Both the position numbers and the translations under genes were made by a program. Below are positions 41,141 through 54,209 of a stretch of 64,000 nucleotides of DNA, piece after piece. The DNA comes from the human T2T-CHM13v2.0 reference genome, Homo sapiens. How positions within the stretch are numbered: the stretch's first letter is position 1; the number at the start of each line of letters is the position of its first letter. The notes below the pieces were generated by a model. It saw only the letters and a program-made list of their open reading frames with translations, was not told where the DNA came from and did no database searches. The stretch is taken from assembly GCF_009914755.1 (NCBI RefSeq), contig NC_060947.1; one strand, written 5' to 3'.

Positions 41141-41451
41141 TCTCTCTGTATATCTTTTATCACACAGGCCCACTGATGCCCCAGTTCAAATTCTATCTTC
41201 CAAAACATGGCCATCCCTATATGTAACAAAGGTGATTTCCCTTTCCTCAGTGCTTCCACCAGAATTAGGTGACAGCATCCTTTCAGAAAGCATCAGTTTC
41301 TTACATCCATGACAGAGCTTGCCCAGAGGAAAGAGTGCTGTCTTAAGAGCTGCCTTCCCAGCTGCTTTTAATCCTGGCACTGCCATTTGCTTGCTGTGTG
41401 GTCCTGTTCAAGTTCCTCTAAACCTCTGTTTCCCCATCTGTGTTGGGGCAT

Positions 41452-41452
<1 letters not shown>

Positions 41453-41496
<44 letters not shown>
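41453..41496. repeat. (GT)n microsatellite, about 22 units, adjoining a MIR fragment (about 41360-41445)
   Basis: Read directly from the sequence. Confidence 0.98.
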
Positions 41497-41504
<8 letters not shown>

Positions 41505-41761
41505 ACACTATATAATCCCAATGGATTTTCTAGGTAAAATAGTTGATGATTCTGTAAGCTTACTAAAACAAATACAGTTGAAAATTCTCAACTTACTTAA
41601 GCTTACTTATCAGTTTCAAATTGAAAATGCCATGTTTTCTCATAGACGATGAAAAACCTCACAAGGAAGGGAGTAAGTGCATGCCAAGTAGAATTGAGAG
41701 AATAATCATATCCTCAGGAGAAGTTTAATAAAGTTTTCCTGGAGGTAAACATCCTCTAGAA

Positions 41762-42056
41762 CAGAGGTTGGCAAACTATGGCCCATAGGTTTTTACATCT
41801 TTAAAGGGTTAACATTTTCAAAAGAAAAATAACATGTTATTATGAATAATATTCACATGAGTGTGGAATTCAAATGTCAGTGTCTATAAATCAAGCTTTC
41901 TTGGAACCCAGTCACACCCACTTATTTACGCATTGTCCATGACTGCTTTCACACTACAATGGCAGAGTCCAGTTAATTATGACAAAGATGGTATGTCTCC
42001 CAATGCCTAAAACATCTACTGTCTGGCCCTTTGCAGGAAAAGTTAGCTGACCCTTG
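41762..42056 (+). mobile_element. MER58B-like hAT-Charlie element
   Basis: TIRs cagaggttggcaaact / agttagctgacccttg. 8-bp TSD ctctagaa/ctctataa. Confidence 0.85.
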
Positions 42057-42405
42057 CTCTATAATCTAGATCCTTTAGGAACTTCTGATTTTAGGATTAT
42101 TGTCAAGGCTATTGCTTAAAAGAACCTCATATAAGTTTGTGAAAAGAACTTGGCATCATTATATTCTACTGCAAAAATTACATATATGACATGTCTATGA
42201 AAGAAATGCATAAAGCAAAGTCAGGCATTTAAAATAAATTTGTATTATTTGTTGTGCATTAACAATTACTGTGAGAACTGTGCAGATTATTTCTACAACC
42301 AAGCTATTTCCAACTGGGGCTGGATATGTATGTAAAGTAACTTTGGTGATATACAAAGGAGTTTCATTTGTTTTGATTTGATTTGTAGTTTAAGAAATGT
42401 GAAAT

Positions 42406-42496
42406 CCAATGCATAATGATCAAAACATCATATGTACCTCATAAACATTTACACCTACTATGTACCAAAAAATTAAAAATTAAAAAATAAAGTAAA
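42406..42496 (+). mobile_element. Very short L1MA 3' end with A-tail
   Basis: atcaaaacatcatatgtacctcataaacatttacacctactatgtacc plus A-tail. TSD aagaaatgtgaaat/aagaagtgtgaaat. Confidence 0.8.
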
Positions 42497-44263
42497 AAGA
42501 AGTGTGAAATTCAGTTTAACATTAAAAATTGTATCAAGAATAAATATCAGTTACTCCAATTCAGTGAATAACACAATCTTCCAGTTTGCTGTATGCATTG
42601 TTGCACTGATGGTCTGGAAGAACTGATTGTTTAGGTGTAAAGTCCAAAACATTTGGAGGAAGGTTAAAAATTCAGGCATAAGACCAGTACAAAGACGGCC
42701 TGCATGTTTTACTCTCTGATCAGATATTTGGCTTAATTGACTTTGGAACTTGTCATTTAATTTCCTGGAGGTATACAAGCCCAAACTCATCCTGTACCTT
42801 TGTAATGAAATCCCTTAAATAGTAACAGATAAAAATACTTGTATATAGTTACAGAGATATACATGGTTAACAAGTCATTTATTTGACACTCTGGAAAATG
42901 AGATGTTCTGGATAATTAAAATTATTGGATAACTGAAGGTTATTATTCTATAGGAATCATGCAGTATAAATTATTTTGAAGTGTAATTAATATTTTCCTG
43001 ACTTCTTTTAAAGATTATATCAAGCATGCTTTACTCTTTCTTGATAACTTATATATTATGATGAGTGTAAGTTATTGTAGTATGTGTAATATTATACTAT
43101 GCTGCAATTATGTTCTCAGGGTCTATTAAGACAGGTGGGAATGCTTGCCTCTATATTAAATGACTGTAGATTCTTGTGCTTTTTAAGTTCAGACTTTTCT
43201 GTGTCATTTTTGTGGGCTCCTTTGCTATTGGTTTTCACCTGTCAATTTTCTCAGTGCCTGTGCCTCTAGAACTATTTCCCCTTCCTTGCCATCTGTGATT
43301 TGAAAATGAGTGGGAATCATTTGAGTCCTTTGTCAAAAGACAGTTCTCTACCAGGGAGAGCACAGAAGCCTCTGAGCAGCAAACTATATGGGCTTTGTGA
43401 CAGACAGTTCTTTCTCTAAGAGGCCTTTTCTGCCTCTTGTTGAGTTTGTGGTAATCTTCTGGAGTGGTGATCTTGCCAGAAGACAAATCTCTTGAGCAAC
43501 AGAATCATACTAAATAGATGGGAAATTTCACTTTTGATTAAAGCAAAGTGTTATAGTTCTTGCTTACTTTTTATAAAAGATAATGCTGTGAGCCTAGTTT
43601 TCATCTACAGAGGGTCAATATTAGGCTTAATAAATAGATTACTTGGAACAATGATTGATATAACTAATTCTTGTATTTACTTGAATTCATTGTCTCCAGT
43701 TTCTGGAATGCCTGTATTGCGGTTTGTACCATTTCTCTTCCATCCACACAGTGCCATGTGTGCCCTGAACGTTACTGTAATGCTTTTGCCTTCAAGTTTT
43801 GTCAGTATCCACACAGGTGTGCCACACTCCAAGCAAGGCAGCATGTGCAAATCTGGATTTCTCAAAACAGTGAATGAATTGTGTATAGTGTGACTTTCAA
43901 ATCAAATTTAAATTCCTTTAAATAACACAGTCCACTAACATTTCACATTGCTTTCTATACTTCGACAGACTTGCAATGTAGTTTTAAGAACACTTCTTAT
44001 ATATAAAATGAGGTACATCTGTGCACATGTGTCATAGAAAGTTGGATCTGTTTCTATAAAAGGGAAAAACTGGGCAGATCTATTAATTATCATTTTGTTT
44101 ACAGTTTTACAAAAAACATGATCATCTGTTTGAACCAAGTCCTCTTTATTCTTTTAGAGGCATCGTTTTCCAGCTAAGTGAGAAATTATACACTTCAATT
44201 TCACACATATGGGTCATTTGTTCCCATGTTACACACATTTCCAAATAGATACCAGTCTTACTT

Positions 44264-44335
44264 ATAATTTTGATTAAATGGCAGTTATGATCATGTTGCA
44301 TAATTTTGATTAAATGGCAGTTATGATCATGTTGC
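44264..44335. repeat. Perfect 36-bp tandem duplication
   Basis: Two copies of ataattttgattaaatggcagttatgatcatgttgc. Confidence 0.97.
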
Positions 44336-44525
44336 AGCAGGTTTGGCTGGCAAATGTTTATCCTTCAAATAGAGCTATAGACAAAAGCCTAATTAATGGA
44401 ATTGTTAACAGCAGCTTCCTATTTGCAAACATTAGTCAACTATATCTTCAGCAATAATTAATATACCTCTTACTCTCCTTGTGTCATTTAACTAATGTTT
44501 GTGTCATATATATTATTCCTTATAG

Positions 44526-44562
44526 GAATCGCAGCATCTGACCCCAGGATTCACCTTACAAA
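44526..44562 (+). CDS. AFF2: AFF2 coding exon (probably exon 6), 37 nt, phase 0-1, ESQHLTPGFTLQ+A
   Basis: Acceptor ttattccttatag, donor AAA|gtaagt. Frame is continuous with the flanking exons. Confidence 0.93.
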
Positions 44563-44684
44563 GTAAGTGGTTTTGAAAATCCTTCTTAGTCCAAACATCC
44601 ATGTCCTCTGCTCCCTCATTTTTTCCTTTTTCCTACTTAAAATCATTAAAACATGAAAGAACAACAATAACAAAAAGTTATTTT

Positions 44685-44782
44685 AATTGTTAATTTTTAG
44701 CTCTCAGAAATAAGTGAGAAGATGTAAAGTTTGTCTTTCTGTATCTGGCCTTTTTCACTTAACATAATGACTTCCAGTCCCG
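44685..44782 (-). mobile_element. L1MA 3'UTR fragment in the short intron
   Basis: ataagtgagaagatgtaaagtttgtctttctgtatctggcctttttcacttaacataatgacttccag. Confidence 0.8.
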
Positions 44783-44941
44783 TGATATATCTAACTGGTT
44801 CCCCCCCTTTTTTTTTTTTAATCTGTTACTTATCTCAAGAAGGTAACTCGGGGGACTGCATGTTTGGAGATCAATTTAATTCAGAATAATCATTTGACAG
44901 TAGGAACATGAACAGTAATTGTTTATATCTTTTCTTTTCAG

Positions 44942-44993
44942 AGTGGAATGACCCAACCACCAGAGCTTCTACAAAGTCAGTGTCTTTCAAATC
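44942..44993 (+). CDS. AFF2: AFF2 coding exon (probably exon 7), 52 nt, phase 1-2, (K)WNDPTTRASTKSVSFK(S)
   Basis: Acceptor cttttcttttcag, donor ATC|gtgagt. The split codon A|AG = K joins the previous exon in frame. Confidence 0.93.
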
Positions 44994-45160
44994 GTGAGTA
45001 GTTGGATCTCCAAATCAGGCCTTTTTGGGGATATTTGGCAAGGAAACAGTGCCTCAATGCTGATCTAATCTTGTTCTCTCCTCTGCTCCTTGAAACTATG
45101 AACCTTGACTCATAATAATATGTAGTTTGGTTGGGGTGGGGGGAGAATCAAATTTCCCAT

Positions 45161-45519
45161 TGTCTTAGTCTACTTGGACTGCTATAACAAATACTATAAA
45201 CAACATGGCTTATAAACAATAGAAATTTACTTCCCATAGTTTTGGAGCCTGAGAAGTTTGAGATCAATGCACCAGCATAAAGGGTATCTTGTGAGGGACC
45301 ATTTCCTCATAGAAAGCTGTTTTCTTACTCTAATCCCACATGGTAGAAGGGGTGAGGGGTCTCTCTCAGGCCTCCTCTTATAAGGGCACTAATCCCATTC
45401 ATGAGGGCTCAACTCTCATGTCATGATCCCCTCCCCAAATACCCATGTCCTAATACTATCACCTTGGGGGTGAGGATTTTAGCATATTAATTTTGGAGTA
45501 ATACAAACAGATTATAGGA
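45161..45519 (-). mobile_element. MLT1A-type MaLR solo LTR
   Basis: tgtcttagtc...gctataacaaatac...ataagggcactaatcccattcatgagggc...ctaatactatcaccttgggggtgaggattt. 5-bp TSD cccat/cccat. Confidence 0.9.
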
Positions 45520-46665
45520 CCCATAATAAGTAAATAACAGTAAAAGTTAATGAGATCACCATTAAGTTCTCTAAGTTTGTAAATACAGACCAGGTCAATA
45601 CCTGGGATACGAAAACAACTGTGATTTCAGTGAAAAAATAAATCTCTAGATGGCTTGTTTCCCACATTTTAACTAGTTCAAACACTGTATAGTATCAGCT
45701 AAAGACATTATTTTACACAATATTCAGTCACCACTGACTAGGATGGACGAGGGAATCTAAGCAGCCATGATTGGACATGAAATGTTGAGTGGATTGCTAT
45801 GGCCAGTCAGCCCAAGACCTCACTATTTGCAGGTCATCAGGCACCTGTATATTAAAGACAAACAAGGGCATCCAGGAAGAGCCGGAATAAGATATTACAT
45901 GATGGTAGTTTGAAGTTCAGAAGCCAGGGCCCTGCAATTCATTCAGCACTGTCTTCATTTTTTATTAATGCTAACTGAAGGAGGGGTTTGGAGAAACCAA
46001 TTTCCTCATATTAACTATTGTAGATTTTCTAATATCCATTTGTCCAAGAGAGTATCAAGGGAGTATTATTTCTCTCACAACTTCTTTCATACCTAATAAT
46101 AGAAAATGGAAGTCGATTTTTTTGTGTAATAGGCACATACTTGGAATTTTTCAAAATGAAATAATTTATGACATTCAAGTGGCCTAATGGCACACTTGAA
46201 GTGAATTGCTCACCTTTTGGAAGATCATGAATAATTGCATAAAAAAACTGGGAATGACTCCCAAATAGACTGAGGATTTGAGAAAGTAAGTGGCATTTCT
46301 ACGTTCTTGGTGCAGTGCAGTAGCAAAGCCCCAAAGCCCTGACCCCATCACTGGTCCATTTATTTGCTTTTCTAGACTGATCTGTGCCTTCTAATTCAAA
46401 GTTCAATTTCAACAACCAAGAATTCTCAATTTTAAGAAGCAAGAAAAAACAAGAGAAGGGGATAATAAAACCATAATCCCGATTTAAGGACCGAATTATA
46501 TGAAAACACAAAAATCAAAATCATCTTTGATGCTGTATGTTTTAGCTTTTCCATTAATCACATTTTGAATTGCCCTCCCCCTTGTTATTCTAGGAAACAA
46601 TAGATCTAATCCTCCCTGCTTTCACTCCTGCCTCACTTCATCCCCATTAAAAAGTCAATAAGATT

Positions 46666-46668
46666 CAC

Positions 46669-46712
<44 letters not shown>
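46666..46712. repeat. (CA)n microsatellite
   Basis: Read directly from the sequence. Confidence 0.95.
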
Positions 46713-46713
<1 letters not shown>

Positions 46714-48452
46714 TGCATTTAGGAAATCAACACAAGTTTCCAAACTTGAAAAAAATATAAAAATAGATTTTCCTATGTAAAATTATCTTACTCCTAAAGC
46801 AAGAGTATTAGGCTCCCACTGTGAAATATGCTGCTTTCCATATATACCATAGAATGCAATGTTTCAGTAGTTTGTAACTAACAGAAATAAACTCGTCAAT
46901 TGTGGTTTATAGTTAGAGGCTGCATTTCCAGAGAACAGCACTTCGTAGCACAGTAATATATAGTGTAGCCAATACAACTAAAATACTCTATATGAAGCAT
47001 CAGTAAAACTAGAAGACACTGAGTCCATTTTATGAATGAGCTCCTCTCTTTTTGTCTGTTTGATCTAAAGTCCAAGCACCATCCATCAGATTTTAGCTGC
47101 AATAAGTTCCCTTCTTACTGTAGGGTATGGGTTTAACATAGGACAGATCAGAATTGTAATAAAGTTATTTTTATTTTTAGCTTCCAACTTATCGGCTTAG
47201 CCATTACTATCATTCTCCCACATTTAACTACAGTGTGCTTTTTAAACCACCTCCTAGGATTTTCCATTTGGCAGGGTAATCCTCCAGGTGATTAAGATTA
47301 TTCTGAGTGCAGACAGACTGCTAATGCCTGCACCTTGGTGAGAAGCAGCCCGTAAGTCAGCCGTGATGCAGGAAAGACCCAAGGCCAGAAAGTGTCCCAA
47401 GCACACTCCTGACACTTAGTGCAGTAAAGAGAGATTAGAGTCTTGTAAAACAGAATCCCTTAATTACTGGGACACTTCATTACTTTTCCTCATCTTGGCC
47501 TGTTTTCCCTAGTTGACAAAATGCAGATCTTCCATTGGAGTATGCATTGTTTATAAGGACTATACACATGGGCACCAGGTCTGAAAACATTGGCCACAGT
47601 GTGCCTGAGTATAAACTTGCAACTAGCCAGTCTCCCTCTTTCTTTTTGACAATTACTGCTGTCTCTGAGCCTGACCCCAACAATATGACTGGCTTTTTGG
47701 AAAACTGGGTATTTTCCTTCTCAGTATAGTGCATTGGCATACAGTGCTTTTTATCAGTGTCCATTCATGCCATGACATCCTACCTGCTTCAGCTGGAACT
47801 CTGAATGCTTATGAGGCAAGAGTACTGAATTGGGGAAGTTTGGAGACCTAGGTTTAATCCCCTCCTTTGTGTCAGTTGTGTTATTGTGGGGGAAAGCACT
47901 GACCTAGTATCCAGAAGATATGAGGTTAAATCACAGGAGAATTTATTTTTATTTTAAACTATACAGACAGAGTCTGTTAAAGGGAATTAAACAAATTAAT
48001 GAGTATATGTGTCTACACATGCAGGTACACCAACAAACACTTGTCAGTGTTCAATTTTAAGCAGTTGTACTTTTTAGTAATTAAATCTAGCAACATAAAA
48101 ATACATTTAACTTTAATCATTAATACTTTCTGGAGGAGAAAAGACCAGAAGTTGGTCTCCCACCCCTCAGCCTCTATGATTCTGTGCTATGTTACAGTCT
48201 TGGAACAGGCCCCACCTAGGTCTTCTTAATCAAACGGAGTTTCTAATCTCCCCCAAAAATGTCTCTGTCCCAAAAAAGAGGGTGAAGCGTGGGCATAAGA
48301 AGGTGAAATTGTAGTTCTCAGGGCTGTGGAGTTGTATGTTTACACAGTAATATCATGGCTGTCTATTCTGTCTCAAAGAGATCTTTTTATTTCAATGACA
48401 GGATTCAGACTGTGAATGGACTCACCAGACATTGTGTTGCTTTGTAGTTTCT

Positions 48453-48615
<163 letters not shown>

Positions 48616-49319
48616 TAGTTTCTTAATGAAGTTATTAAAGAGCAGTGAGGGAGAAAACAGAAACCAAGGTGAAGAACTTGGATTTTCTTTGTTCAGTTGG
48701 ATTGATTCATCTAGTGTATTATAAATCTTGCCACTTACCTGTCAGTTCAGTGGCCTTCCCAAATGCATGACCTTGTTGGTCTTTTATGGGACATCATACA
48801 TAGGAATAGATAAGATGTTATTAAGTTGCCCCGAAAAGGACTTTCAGGCAGGTTCCATGAACTCAAGGGTGTACATCCAGTTAGTTCTTAACTTCAGTTT
48901 TGTGAGGACTGTTGAGGAGATGGCAGCTCCAAATATCAAGCTCCTTTGTAAAACTTGGTTGTTAGCATTTGGACTATGTCCAGGTGGAAACCATCCAGAC
49001 CCCCATTTAACTGAGCAGCTCCTGTGTTTTAAACCATGCTGTCGAGAATGCCTGGATAGTTTCCATAAAATCTTAATATAGCCATAATGTTGGTTTTTTT
49101 TAATAAAACCAGTTTGCCAACTTATGGTATTAACTATATGTTTTAAAACATCCAAACTCTAGATCCAGAGAGTTGATGGAAGGTCTTATGGAGACAGATT
49201 GGTTGAGGCCAGCCTGAGTTTACATGTGGGTGGTTGTTATGCATGTCACATGAAGACATCCTTGATTGTAGCAATAGTTAGGAAGAGAGGGCACTATACT
49301 ATCACAGGAATGACAGACA

Positions 49320-49500
49320 CAAATAATAATTATTGTGCTGTTGAGAACAGGTGCCAGGTGCTTTTATGTACATTGCCTTATTAAACTTGCCAGGCATCGT
49401 GGAGGTGCTCCAAATTATTCCCATCTTACAGATGAGCAAAGTAAAGCTAGAATAACAGTCCTTCCTCCTGAAGTGTACACAGTCCAGTAGGAAGACAGAC
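49320..49500 (-). mobile_element. MIR SINE
   Basis: gtgccaggtgcttt...attattcccatcttacagatgagcaaa. Confidence 0.7.
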
Positions 49501-51009
49501 TGGCCATGCCCACTTATTTTGAATGGATATTTTGGCTACAAACATACAGAAGAGCCCTCTGAGTCATAATGCTCCTCAGTGAGAAAGTTTGAATGCAGGC
49601 TAAGGGCCCTGTGAGTTCAAAGCTGTCTCTCATCCTGCTGAGTTGCCTTTCCTCACGGGATTTGATAAGTTCAGGGATTTAGTATGCCAAAGTTTTCCTT
49701 TTGTACCTGGACACAACATTCCCACAACCTGGTGGGATGTAGTCCCACAAGAAATTATACCGCTCTGTTTTCGATGACACAAAACTGGGTCAAAATTGTT
49801 TTATGTAATGAAAATGTCATTATTTCTAAAGTTTTCTGTAAGTGCTATGAAAATTTCATTACCAAAGAGAATAGAAAGACTGTGAGGATGTTTTCCAGAT
49901 TGCTATAACCAATACAGGAATTACATTATTTTTAGATCAATTTTGAAAATATTTTTGCTAAAAAACAATTGATATTCATTACAACCCTGGCCATCCTTTT
50001 ACCAAAGCCTTCATCACTGGAAATGTTTCCTTCGAGATTTTGATTTGAAATTTAAGAACTGCAATGCATTATTGCAGAGCAATAACCCACTTTCTAGCAA
50101 TTTCATATATTCTTCCCCATGTAGATGTTTGATCTGCTACTTGGATGCAATTTCGGTAGCAAATTGACTGTGTAATGGGGCAAGGAAGAAATGACTGTTA
50201 TTTTCTTAATCAGATTAATTCTTAATCAGAATACATGATTTGGTACTTGGAATTTAAAAATACTGCTAATCAGTTTGAGGCTTATAAAAGCCAAACTAAC
50301 TCTCCTGATAAACTGGTAATCTTGGTAACTTTACTAGTTGCAGACATTTTGGTTTTTAAATCAAGAAGTATACCAACTCTTGCTTTTAACTTGTCTTGTA
50401 TGCCCTGCATCTCTGAGCTTGCCAAATTTTCCTAAGGACTTAATATATTTTTGGAAGTTCTCCACTGCATCAGGGGCAGCCACCTGGGAGCAGAGAAAAC
50501 AAAATTTGGCAGCCTGTTCAAGCTGTGAATTAAAGGTAATTCACAGTTTGAAATGAATCAGCGTGTGGTCCTTGAGAAGAGTAATCAGACATCAAGAGGA
50601 TTTTATGTTGAGGATTGTATATTGGCTAATGTGACAACAAGCAATATTGGCATTTGGAATGTTTGCATCAAGAAGCACTGAAGCTGCCGGGGCTTGATGG
50701 GTACCAAGATCTAAAATGGGGGCTCCCTTCAAAGAGAGCTGTAGATTTACATTTCTATCACAAAAGCTGAAAACAGAGATGGGTTGGCTCAGCCATCATA
50801 GTTGAAAGATTAGATCTGATTTTTGTGGTGGTGTTCATGGACCTAAGTCTATCATAAGATTTGTGTATCTCAGATGGCTTTTGAGACACCTCTGTAATGG
50901 AAAGCAAATGTCTCTCTCTCTCCTCCCCCCCCCCCCCGCTGACCACCCCTCTCTCTCCTTCTCTCTTTTCTGTCTGGGAAAAGGCAAACATCGCTTCCTT
51001 TCTACTAGA

Positions 51010-51380
51010 TTTCATTTTTTTTTTCAACAAATATGCATTCAGTATCTACTACATGTAAGGTTCTGGGCTAAAACACTGGTAACTCAGGGTGAAACACTGC
51101 ACATCATTGTCTCAAGGAATTCATGGTCTAGTGAAGATAAGACTAGCACCGACAATGCCAGCAACCCAACTAACTCATACTTATTGAGTGCCTACTATGT
51201 GCCAGGCACTTCCCATGCACTTTTTCTCCTTACAAGCAATCCCATGGGTTTCATCATCATTATAGTGTACAGAAGTAGAAACCCAGCTCAGAGACATTGA
51301 GTGAGTTGCTCAAAGTGGCACAGTAACAAAGAGGGAGGCAGAACAGGACTGACTCCAGAACATATGCTCTTAACTTACAC
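51010..51380 (-). mobile_element. L2 3' end (about 51010-51140) followed by MIR (about 51170-51380)
   Basis: ttcaacaaatatgcattcagtatctactac, then ttattgagtgcctactatgtgccaggcac...ctcagagacattgagtgagttgctcaaag. Confidence 0.8.
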
Positions 51381-53285
51381 TAAAGCCATCCCATGAGTCA
51401 TTTGGAGGTGGCTTTACTGATTTGCAGTCAGGTGTGATCTTGCCCAGGCATTAGGCCAAAATGGACTAACCACAATGCAAGCCAAAATGGCAATGCCATT
51501 TTGGTTTAAATCAGGGGAAGTATTAGATCTAAATATTATAACTGAGTTAGGTCTTGCATATACTACACATGCTGACATGGACACTGAAGACAGATCTGTC
51601 CTCAACTCAGGGCCTGCATCCAGATTGTGTCACCAGGACTCTAGAATATTCCCTTCAGTGAGGCTGAAGGATCTATTCCTGCAAGAGACTTAGACCATCA
51701 CAAAAATAAAATTCATATAAGATTGATTTTGGTGGCATATCCCTTCAGAAATGTCCATTGTGCCACATTAAAGTGAAGAGAAAACTAATATTTGGGTCTA
51801 TTTTTATAAGAGACTCATCCATTGCCTTTCATGCTTACCAACTTGTTTGATAATTAGAAAGTGGCTTTATATCCTCATGGTGAAATAATTTTCAAAAATA
51901 TCCCCATCTGTTATCAACCACAGCGGCATATTTCCAAATTCTTCTCAGCATTTTTAAACAGTAACTGGGAGTGAAGCAAATAATGCTGGTGGAAGGCACT
52001 GAAATTGATAAGCAAGGGACCAAAGTTAAAAAAAATTCACTTGTATAATTGAATGTAATGTTGTGATAACACACCCCCCCACACACACACATGCATACAT
52101 ATGCTCTGTATCCCAGAACAGTAGGTCACTCTAATGTCTGATCTAATGAGATGCACACATAGACATATGCACACTCTTTTTTCAGTTATTACATTGTAAA
52201 GTGCTATGATCAGAGATACTTTTCATGTGCACAGTGAATGATAATTTTAACACACTTTCACACAATACATTAGCCCATGTGAGTGGCACAGCATTCCTGT
52301 TAGATAGCCAATTGAAAAGAAACCAGGCGTAGGGAGGGGAAGATATTTTCCTAAAGTCCTCCACCTAGGGAGTGGCAGGGCTGGGACTAGAAGCCAGGAT
52401 TCTGCATTCTCAGAATATGCTGCCTTGTCCCCAGATTCCCCAGATGGCTGCAGGGCCAGAACTCATCAGAGTCCTGACAAGTCTTCCAGGCCCAGATGAA
52501 GAACATATAACAGCAGTGTAGACAAGCTCCATGGATTATGCTTAGAATTTATAAAGAAACAAACAAAATCCAACTGAGACTGGAGTAGAAGAGAAGAAAT
52601 ATCTACTTCTGAACTATTCATTTTGTTTTTCCCTCCTATCAAGCATCTCACAAACAGCCAGATCCTTTACCACAATTAGGTTACTGGGAATGTTAGGTTT
52701 AAATAGTCTGCTCTTGACACCTTCTCAGAGTTGCTTAAAGCCCCTCCATTTTACACTGACGAGTAGGGAGCAGTGTTGGTAGAATACTGCAGATGCACAC
52801 AAAATTACAGCTGTAAAATCAGTTGAAGAATCTGACAAATGCCTTTCTTTGTGGTTCATCCACCCACTTTAACAATGTGGACCAAAAAAGGAAAAGGTCT
52901 CAAAGCTATTTGATTGACATCTACAAATATGCTGCCAAGACTGGAACAGAGTAGGTGGGATGGAGTAGATGGGGTTGGGGTAGGTCTTCTGAAAACCAAA
53001 AGAATAAAATTTATTTTCTTTGCTACCCTGTGGTTTTTTGACACTGAAGATCTACAGTACAACCCCATAGTATACTGCCTTGTCCTTGCCAAAGGTTCTA
53101 GGGTCCCTGAGAGAGCAATAAGTGAGAGAAAAGTATCCAGAGAAGAGTAGAAGCTAACGATTTAGCAACCTATAACTCTGACAGCTCCATTGCCTAATTT
53201 CTGGAGTTACTTGTTTTGGCATAAGAAGCCCACTTTATAAAAATTCCAGATGGAGATTTCAATTTTGTAACTACATAGAATATTT

Positions 53286-53995
53286 CTTCTTTTTTTCTTT
53301 TTTTTTAACTTTTATTTTAGGTTTGGGGGTGCATGTGACACGGAGGTTTGTTATACATATTGTTTCATCAACAAGTTATAAAGCCCAGTACTCAATAGTT
53401 ATCTTTTCTGCTCCCCTCCCTCCTCACACCCTCTCCTCTCAAGTAGACCCCAGTATCTGCTGCTTGATTCTGTGTGTTCATAAGTTGTTAACATTTAGCT
53501 TCCACCTGTAAGTGAGAACATGCAGTATTTGGTTTTCTGTTCCTGTGCTAGTTTGCTAAGGATAATAGCCTCCAGCTCCATCCATGTTTCTGCAGAAGAC
53601 ATGATGTCCTTCTTTTATATGGCTGCATAGCATTCCATGGGATATATGTGCCACATTTTCTTTATACAATCTGTCTTTGATGGGCATTTAGGTTGATTCC
53701 ATGACTTTGGTATTGTGAATAGTGCTGCAATGAACATACGTGTGCGTGTGTCTTTATGGTACAATGATTTATATTCCTCTGGGTATATAACCAGTAATGA
53801 GATTGCTAGGTCGAATGGTAGTTCTGCTTTTAGTTCTTTGAGGAATCACCATACTGCTTTCCACAATGGTTGAACTAATTTACACTCCCACCAGCAGTGT
53901 GTAAGTGTTCCCTTTTCTCCATAACCTCACCAGCAGCTGGTTTTTTTTTTTTTTTTTTTTTACTTTTAAATAATAGCCATTCTAACTGGTGTGAG
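53286..53995 (-). mobile_element. 5'-truncated L1PA (old, about PA13-16) 3' end
   Basis: Poly-T then reverse L1 3'UTR/ORF2 end (gtgagaacatgcagtatttggttttctgttcc, ttccacaatggttgaactaatttacactcccacc). TSD tacatagaatattt (53272, 53996). Confidence 0.93.
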
Positions 53996-54209
53996 TACAT
54001 AGAATATTTTTCTATTTTTCAAAAGAAAAATCTTTTAAAGTACCTATTCCTCATAATATATGGAAATTGTCTAGGCCATCTAAAAATTGAAAGGGTCATT
54101 CTAGGTTTCTCCAAAATAATTTTTGTATATCACATGGTACAGAAAGAAACGAAGAAAACAATCTGGATGTGAGCAGTATTCTTGGGTAATTGCAACCACC
54201 ACTTTTGGA

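Noticed and set aside
50910-50970. C13 run in a CT-rich tract; G-rich tract at 27782-27811
   Set aside because: Low-complexity or possible G4 sequence with no independent evidence of function.
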